Source of the DNA: a virus
Lineage: Duplodnaviria > Caudoviricetes
Strand: one strand, 5' to 3'
Length of the DNA stretch: 64,000 nt
IMG/VR virus record: IMGVR_UViG_3300028284_000003
Span: 43,643-107,642 of that record
Below are positions 58,044-64,000 of the stretch, piece by piece (the first letter of the stretch is position 1; each line of letters begins with the position of its first letter). The notes beneath the pieces are model-generated. The model was not told the DNA's origin. It did not search any database and was given only the letters and a program-made list of their open reading frames with translations. The translations under genes and the position numbers were made by a program.

Positions 58044-58335
58044 TTCTTAAATTCATTTCAGGAGTAAACATGTCAGTTTTTTCTAATTTATCCTTTGCAA
58101 CTTTTGCAGATTTCATATCTGGTCTAAACGCAAATGGTAAATCTTTATTGGATTCGTCATAATCAAACACTATCATAAATTTTGAAACAGAAAATGTAGT
58201 CATCGCAACTCTAGCCTTTACTAGCGCTTTGTCTGTGAAACCATTAATTGTTTTTTCTAGTTCAGTTAATTCAAATATTTTATTTGAGTCAATATCTTCG
58301 TTTATGAATTCTTCGAATAATTTTACGTTTTTCAT
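58024..58335 (-). CDS. putative internal head protein
   Basis: MKNVKLFEEFINE. Confidence 0.6.
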   Translation of the reverse strand: MKNVKLFEEFINEDIDSNKIFELTELEKTINGFTDKALVKARVAMTTFSVSKFMIVFDYDESNKDLPFAFRPDMKSAKVAKDKLEKTDMFTPEMNLRIEEIKY

Positions 58336-58350
58336 TGTTCCTTTAATTTT

Positions 58351-58782
58351 TTAAACTTCAGCAACCTTTAAGTCTCTTTCTCCATAAGATGCCATCATCC
58401 ATTGCTTTGATCTTTCATCCCATAAATAAACGTATTCTGCACCTCCATCATCTTCTACATCTGATAAATAATTTGCAATTGTTGCAACATTACCAGTTGA
58501 TTGAGTTGATTGAGAATCTCTATCATCTTTATAAAAGTTAATTTTCTTAGGATTTACTTCTAATTGTGAACCGCTTCCTTGTGAAAGTACATAATCTACA
58601 TTCTTTCCACCTTTATATCCTTTTCTTAATACCGGTAGTACATATTCTGGATAACCATCATAATGCATATAAACTGATGTGATATTTCCTTTTTTATCAA
58701 TTTTTCCAAATTGATGTCGAGTACCTTCGTTTATTTCTTGAGACTCATTAATAAAGTCGTTAAAATTCTTAATATTGTTCAT
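58351..58782 (-). CDS. putative internal head protein
   Basis: MNNIKNFNDFINESQEINE, then a YMHYDGYP domain; late motif at 58810-58817. Confidence 0.6.
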   Translation of the reverse strand: MNNIKNFNDFINESQEINEGTRHQFGKIDKKGNITSVYMHYDGYPEYVLPVLRKGYKGGKNVDYVLSQGSGSQLEVNPKKINFYKDDRDSQSTQSTGNVATIANYLSDVEDDGGAEYVYLWDERSKQWMMASYGERDLKVAEV

Positions 58783-58820
58783 CTTGTTATTTTATTTTTA
58801 ATATTATATTATATATCAGA

Positions 58821-59096
58821 TTAAAATACAATTGTTTCTGACTTTGAGTACATTGCACATTTATGATAAATTTTCATAATTCTACTTGCTAAATCACTTG
58901 GACATTCTAATGCATTCAATTGAAGTTTCTCATATAAATAACCATCAAATAAACCATATAGTTTGTTTTCAATAGATCTTCTTAATTTTTTATCTATTTG
59001 TTCATCGTAGTTTATTAAATCATTAATTAAGTCCATGATTTCTTTTCTAGTTTCCGAATTCATTGATTCATGTCTGTTAAAATTTGTATAGCTCAT
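58821..59096 (-). CDS. hypothetical protein
   Basis: Follows early repeat copy 9. Confidence 0.7.
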   Translation of the reverse strand: MSYTNFNRHESMNSETRKEIMDLINDLINYDEQIDKKLRRSIENKLYGLFDGYLYEKLQLNALECPSDLASRIMKIYHKCAMYSKSETIVF

Positions 59097-59105
59097 CTAG
59101 TTTAA

Positions 59106-59188
59106 GTTTTAATTATAATACTAATATAACTATAATCTTTGACCCGTGAAAATTTTGAGGCAACTTTTTTACTAAAGTTATTAACAAA
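59106..59188 (-). promoter_or_regulatory. early repeat copy 9
   Basis: Same core. Confidence 0.8.
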
Positions 59189-59218
59189 AAACCCAAGATC
59201 TGCGAGAACTTGGGTTTT
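59187..59218. terminator. intrinsic terminator
   Basis: AAAACCCAAG..CTTGGGTTTT. Confidence 0.75.
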
Positions 59219-59240
59219 AATTATAAATACTAACTTATTC

Positions 59241-59999
59241 TTATGCTAGATTTTTAAAATCCTTTGCATATTGTTTCAACATTCTTTCGTTATAGTATTC
59301 ATCTAATTTGTCTAAGAATGCGTCATGACTATAATCTTGACCTGGAATTAAATATTCTGCCATATACTTTCCATGTGGTGAGTTTAAAAATCCAATTGCT
59401 TCCTTTTCACTCATACCTTTATCTTGTAAAACTTCTAGTGCAGCATCATATGCGTTTTGAATGTCTCTATTATTAATTTCTGCCATTTCTTCAAGAAATG
59501 CAACATAGCCTAAATCTTTTCTAGCATCTTTAATTTTAGCTTCATCTACAGATTCGTTTTGAGCGTCAAACCATGCAATTTGCCAATCATCTATATCAAA
59601 TTTATAGAATGCTACTAAGTCTGCAATTTTATCATTAGCGGCTGGATCATCATCTCCTCTTTCAACTCCAGTAACGTCACGATAATTCTTTGTAATAAAT
59701 GTTGCAAGTTCCTGTTCACTTGGTCTTCTTCCTAATTCCTTTATGACTTTCTTAACGGTGTTATATTTACCAACTGCCTGATATTCTTCATTTAAAAATC
59801 CACTAAATGTAGTATGTACCATTTCTTCTTTTCTGTTTTTAAGATATTCTTCTCTTTCTTTCTTCTTTTTCTTTTGCTGTTTCTTAGCGTCTCCTTTACC
59901 AGCTGGCACATCACCGCTTCCTACTTCTCCACCTTGTGGAAAGGCAGGATTTCCCATGCCTCCAATATTTGCTGGTGTAACGTTTTCGTTCATTACCAA
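59241..59999 (-). CDS. putative modular internal head protein
   Basis: MNE, TTFSGFLNE and QNESVDE motifs. Confidence 0.6.
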   Translation of the reverse strand: MVMNENVTPANIGGMGNPAFPQGGEVGSGDVPAGKGDAKKQQKKKKKEREEYLKNRKEEMVHTTFSGFLNEEYQAVGKYNTVKKVIKELGRRPSEQELATFITKNYRDVTGVERGDDDPAANDKIADLVAFYKFDIDDWQIAWFDAQNESVDEAKIKDARKDLGYVAFLEEMAEINNRDIQNAYDAALEVLQDKGMSEKEAIGFLNSPHGKYMAEYLIPGQDYSHDAFLDKLDEYYNERMLKQYAKDFKNLA

Positions 60000-62113
60000 G
60001 CTAAGTTTCTTTTCTTAAGTTTAGCTAAACGATCTTTAATAGACTTTGCATATTCTTGAGATTCTTTTTCAGCATATCTTGCTTGCCATTCATATTCTCT
60101 AGAATCTTTACCATATTTAGCTTCAGCCGTTTCAACTTCTGCCATATAGCCTGACCATCTTTCGTAGTCTTGAATTAAAGCATTTATAAAATTACTAATG
60201 TCGTTTAATTTATAAGCTCTACCATCTGTTCCTACACCTGCAATAAGTTCTCCATACTTATTTTTTTCTTGATTTTTTAAACCATCTTTCATAACGCCAG
60301 TTGCATCGTCAATTGCATCCATTACTAATTTATCTAATGGTAATTCACTTGCTCTTTTTTGTAGGATTTCTTTATATCTTGCAAGGTTTGCATCTTTAAA
60401 TTCCTTATCAGATTTAAATGATACTGCACCTTCTTTAGCTTTTATTCTATCTTCGATTTTTCCTTTAGTATTTGGAAGAGCAGCTGTGTTAATTACAAAT
60501 GCAGCATCTGCAACGTCTATCACTCTTTTTACATTATAAATACCAGATGCGTCCCAGCCTCTATACTCTTTATTAATTCCAATATCATGAGATGATTTTC
60601 TAGGATCTGTAGTTAAAGACATTGTCATTTTTCTTTTAATATAATCTCTTTTAATATATGCGACGTCTTTTCCCATGCCTAATGCAAGTATTGTATTTGC
60701 TGGAATTCTATTAGCAGAATTATGAACAGATTTTGAAGTATCAGCATAAGGGTTGTCTTTTTCTTGAGTTGTATAATAAACAACTAGGCCTTCTGTTTTT
60801 TTACCTAATTTAGGATCAATATCTATTATTTGATCATCTGTTATTTTGTCTAATTCTATTTTACTAAAGCCGTAAATTGCTTTTAAAATTTGTTTACTAC
60901 CTCTTTTCATAGTAAGAAGTCCTCTAAGTTTAGAACTCTTTAATGCTTCATTAAGTTCTACAGATTCATTAACGAATTGTTGGAAGTTTGTATATACCGT
61001 AACTACTGATTCATTACTGTTTTTAGCTGCAATTTTCATAGCCTTTACAACACTACTAATTGCACTTGATAATGATTTATCATTTAGCTTACCTAAAACA
61101 TTTCCTTCAAAATCTTCTAATTCATTATTTCCTCCGATATTAATACCATATGAAGGACCATAAGGTCCAGAATCTTTTTGTTTTACCATAGCTAATAAAG
61201 CGCTGTATGTATCGAATCTCATTTTTTTATTTCCTTTATCTACAGTATAAGATCCTTGAAATTCGTTTTTATATTGTTTGCTAGCCATGCCTAATAGCTG
61301 CTTAGCCATTTTAGGATTCATATCTTCCATATCTAAATCCTGTACTTCATTTTCAGTAACTATTGATTCTAAAATATCAGAAGAATCAAATTCATATTCT
61401 TCTAACTTATTTATTAGTTCTTTATCATTCTTAGCCTCGAAGTCATAATCATGCTCTCCACTAACAACTACATAATATCCTCTACCTTTTTTATAAATCT
61501 CAGCGTTAGAACCTTGTCCATCTGATGTAGATCCTATATGATCTTTTGAGTCATATGTTCCTTCAGTAATTGCTGATTCTAAAATATCAAATATGTGAAA
61601 ACCTCCACCTGTCATTTTATCTGACCATTCAACATGTTTAAGTTCTACTTCTGGATGAACCTTCTTAATAGAATCAATTACTGTTTCTGGGCTAATTTTA
61701 TAACCGTACTTAATTTCAAGTCTTTTCTTGTTAAGTTTAGTAATTTTTGGCTTAGTTCTACCTGTATAATCTGTTGCTAATTGATATGCAACGTCTGATT
61801 TATTTAAACCTTCATCTACTGATTCTGTAACTAAACTTGTTAATATTTTTTGGCCATATGTAGAAAGACTTATACCGTCTTCTTCTATTTTAAAAAATCT
61901 TTTATTACCTTTTGTCCATTTTGAAGGAGCTGAAGAGTGTTGACTAACTATATTATTAAATTCTTCAACAGTTATTTTACCGTCTTTCAATGCTTCAATA
62001 ATTGCATTTCTAACTCTAGCTGAACCTCCTACGGTTTTAGCAGGGTGGTTTTCAGTATATCTTCTTTTAAGAGTTATATTTCTTTCGTTTAAAAATTCTT
62101 CGAATGTTGCCAT
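59993..62113 (-). CDS. putative modular internal head polyprotein
   Basis: MATFEEFLNE plus four internal ES(V/A/I)xE linkers; late motif at 62142-62149. Confidence 0.65.
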   Translation of the reverse strand: MATFEEFLNERNITLKRRYTENHPAKTVGGSARVRNAIIEALKDGKITVEEFNNIVSQHSSAPSKWTKGNKRFFKIEEDGISLSTYGQKILTSLVTESVDEGLNKSDVAYQLATDYTGRTKPKITKLNKKRLEIKYGYKISPETVIDSIKKVHPEVELKHVEWSDKMTGGGFHIFDILESAITEGTYDSKDHIGSTSDGQGSNAEIYKKGRGYYVVVSGEHDYDFEAKNDKELINKLEEYEFDSSDILESIVTENEVQDLDMEDMNPKMAKQLLGMASKQYKNEFQGSYTVDKGNKKMRFDTYSALLAMVKQKDSGPYGPSYGINIGGNNELEDFEGNVLGKLNDKSLSSAISSVVKAMKIAAKNSNESVVTVYTNFQQFVNESVELNEALKSSKLRGLLTMKRGSKQILKAIYGFSKIELDKITDDQIIDIDPKLGKKTEGLVVYYTTQEKDNPYADTSKSVHNSANRIPANTILALGMGKDVAYIKRDYIKRKMTMSLTTDPRKSSHDIGINKEYRGWDASGIYNVKRVIDVADAAFVINTAALPNTKGKIEDRIKAKEGAVSFKSDKEFKDANLARYKEILQKRASELPLDKLVMDAIDDATGVMKDGLKNQEKNKYGELIAGVGTDGRAYKLNDISNFINALIQDYERWSGYMAEVETAEAKYGKDSREYEWQARYAEKESQEYAKSIKDRLAKLKKRNLAW

Positions 62114-62147
62114 TGTTTTTATTTATTTTTATCTATTTTATTATATA

Positions 62148-63158
62148 TCAAATTTTTACTTTAACTTTAATCGTATTTTGAGTGACTTCTGATATTTTTA
62201 ATTCTTTAGTATTATCAGGTAATTTTTCCTTATAATAAATACCTTGTATCTTTTTATTTTCAGATTTTCCTGTAGTTCTAATAAATACAAACTTTTCATC
62301 TATATCTCCAAACCCTTTTGCCACTTCTTCTTCGATTTGCCTATAAGTTCTTACATTCGTATTAACATCTTGGCTTAAAATCTTATTAATTTCTGAAATT
62401 GTTTTTGCGTCACCAATATTACCTATTACATTTCCTTGAAACTTTACGATTATTTCGCCTTTTGTGCCTTGTCTAAGTTTAAAATCTCTATCAGCTGCTG
62501 CTGGTATTGCATCTAGGTCTTCAAAATATTTAAGTAGTGCTGAATATTCTCCTTTTGCTGCACTTATTGCTGCAGCTTGACCAGCCCTTGTAGTAGGGTC
62601 TAATTCAGTAATAGAATCCCTAACTGCTAAATATAAATTTCTAATATCCGCAATAGCCTGTGCTCTAATTGCAGCGTGCCTTGCGCCTGTTCTCCAACCT
62701 TTTAAAAAACCATCCTTTGTTTTTGTGACTTCTTTTAATTCTGCTATTCCAGCACTTAAAAATTTACCCGACTTTGGATCGAATAAGTTTAAGTCTACAT
62801 CTGCACTACCTCCTCCTATTACTAAGTTTTCAACAAGGTATGCCATTAATATTTCACCTGAACCAATACCTGTTCTTTTTAAATTAAATATTGTATTTGC
62901 TGCATCAATATCTTCACTCATTAATGTAAAAACTTCTTGCATTGTAGAATCATCTATTTCTGTTAAAGTTAATCTCTTTGAAAAAGGAGATTTTCCTTTA
63001 AAATAATCTTTGTTAATAAGGTCAAACATTTGTTGCTTTGCCTTTAAATTATTTAAACTTCCTAGTGATTGATACTTACCTATATTTCCTTCTACTAAAA
63101 GATCTTCTCTTTTAATAGCTTTATTTAATAATATTTGAAAATCTGTTCTTATGCTCAT
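62148..63158 (-). CDS. hypothetical protein, PD-(D/E)xK nuclease-like
   Basis: GIGSGE..ADVDL..IAELK. Confidence 0.45.
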   Translation of the reverse strand: MSIRTDFQILLNKAIKREDLLVEGNIGKYQSLGSLNNLKAKQQMFDLINKDYFKGKSPFSKRLTLTEIDDSTMQEVFTLMSEDIDAANTIFNLKRTGIGSGEILMAYLVENLVIGGGSADVDLNLFDPKSGKFLSAGIAELKEVTKTKDGFLKGWRTGARHAAIRAQAIADIRNLYLAVRDSITELDPTTRAGQAAAISAAKGEYSALLKYFEDLDAIPAAADRDFKLRQGTKGEIIVKFQGNVIGNIGDAKTISEINKILSQDVNTNVRTYRQIEEEVAKGFGDIDEKFVFIRTTGKSENKKIQGIYYKEKLPDNTKELKISEVTQNTIKVKVKI

Positions 63159-63159
63159 C

Positions 63160-64000
63160 TTATTTGCTTTTAAATTCTGAAAATGTTAAAACTTGTTCTT
63201 GTAGTTCAACACTTTCTTCCATTTTTTGTTTTAATAATTTATACATTTTGTGCATAGATTTTGGAGTCATGGACTTATATGTCTTTTCGTCTCCATCTAA
63301 TAAAGCGTTTCTTACCTTTGTTGCACTAATGTTATCGTCTGTCCTTGGAATTTCTTCTAATCTGAAGCTATCTTCAACTCCTAATTCTCCTCTATATTTT
63401 GGGTTATTAACTTGATAGCCATAGGTTTTCATTCTATCACTACCTGTTCCCCATAATACAGGTTCATACTTAGGTCTCATAGCGTTAAACATTTTGTCAA
63501 TTGCTGCGGTATCTATAACGTACACTGTCTCAATAGGATATTCCTTCATCACTTGTTTTATCATATTGACCTGCATTGTTTCATCAAAAGGTCTTTTAAA
63601 ACTATCTTCTTTCTTTTTCTTTTTAGCCTTAACTAAAAATATAACCGTTGGAAGTCCATTTTGTTTATGTAAATGCTCAACTACTTTAACATGTCCTAAA
63701 GTAAATGGCTGAAACCTACCAACAAACATATTAACTTCTTTAGCTCCTCTTTCAGGATGGTTTACTTTTAAACCTTCGTTAATTGGATTTGTTTGTCCTT
63801 TAAGTGTATCATTAATTTTAAAAGTTTTAAAATCCATTACGCCATCTTCCTCTACTTTTTCGTAAATTCTTGCCTCAATCTTTTCTATAATACCATTTAA
63901 ACTATTAAATGTATCTCCTGCTAAAACTCCATTTTCTTTCTGTCTCTTCTTTCTAAAAGTACCTAATGCTATTTTTAATAATTCTGCAACTTCTCTTGAT
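63160..64000 (-). CDS. larger protein (5' end outside window) with C-terminal HxGH cytidylyltransferase-like domain
   Basis: GRFQPFTLGH, GSDR, ISATKVR; the frame has no stop from 63837 to 64000, so the ORF-track start is internal. Confidence 0.8.
   Translation of the reverse strand, partial: SREVAELLKIALGTFRKKRQKENGVLAGDTFNSLNGIIEKIEARIYEKVEEDGVMDFKTFKINDTLKGQTNPINEGLKVNHPERGAKEVNMFVGRFQPFTLGHVKVVEHLHKQNGLPTVIFLVKAKKKKKEDSFKRPFDETMQVNMIKQVMKEYPIETVYVIDTAAIDKMFNAMRPKYEPVLWGTGSDRMKTYGYQVNNPKYRGELGVEDSFRLEEIPRTDDNISATKVRNALLDGDEKTYKSMTPKSMHKMYKLLKQKMEESVELQEQVLTFSEFKSK

Noticed and set aside
570-63712. All plus-strand ORFs in the track (60-106 aa)
   Set aside because: They are antisense shadows of minus-strand genes, Phe/Leu/Ser-rich, with no motifs or promoter support
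1-64000. Stop-codon reassignment as in some Bacteroidota phages
   Set aside because: Core genes are full length in code 11, and TAG, TGA and TAA all end conserved genes

Overview
AT-rich 64-kb segment of a large T4-like (myovirus) bacteriophage. Essentially every credible gene is on the minus strand and reads in the standard code. The host is probably Bacteroidota/Flavobacteria: promoter repeats resemble the TTTG..TAnnTTTG consensus, leaders are A-rich without Shine-Dalgarno sequences, and one signal peptide is followed by Gln. Layout: (1) 1-13.8 kb accessory/early region with partial galE, tRNA-Ala, ECF sigma factor, guanylate kinase, GH16, SET, thioesterase, lysozyme-like protein, DNA ligase, HAD phosphatase and a 283-aa mini alanyl-tRNA synthetase. 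(2) 13.8-42 kb morphogenesis genes (tape measure, chaperones, tube, sheath, terminase, neck, capsid, protease-scaffold fusion, portal, gp2, gp4, gp55, gp15), interrupted by RNase H and clamp-loader genes. (3) 42-57.5 kb replication genes (gp46/47, helicase, UvsX, clamp, NrdAB, a family-B polymerase split into two distant genes, and a putative DNA-modification operon). (4) 57.5-64 kb cluster of proteins carrying T4-like capsid-targeting motifs. Best leads: apparent capsid-packaged polyproteins whose modules are separated by repeated xxES(V/A/I)xE protease-type linkers; a minimal, editing-less AlaRS with a cognate tRNA-Ala; a three-tier promoter cascade readable from sequence (9 early repeats -> ECF sigma -> 11 AAACAA-N14-ATATAA promoters -> gp55 -> GATATATA); a GC-rich structured RNA after nrdA; and a candidate +1 frameshift in the tail chaperone. 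All family calls are from motif recognition by eye; no searches were run.
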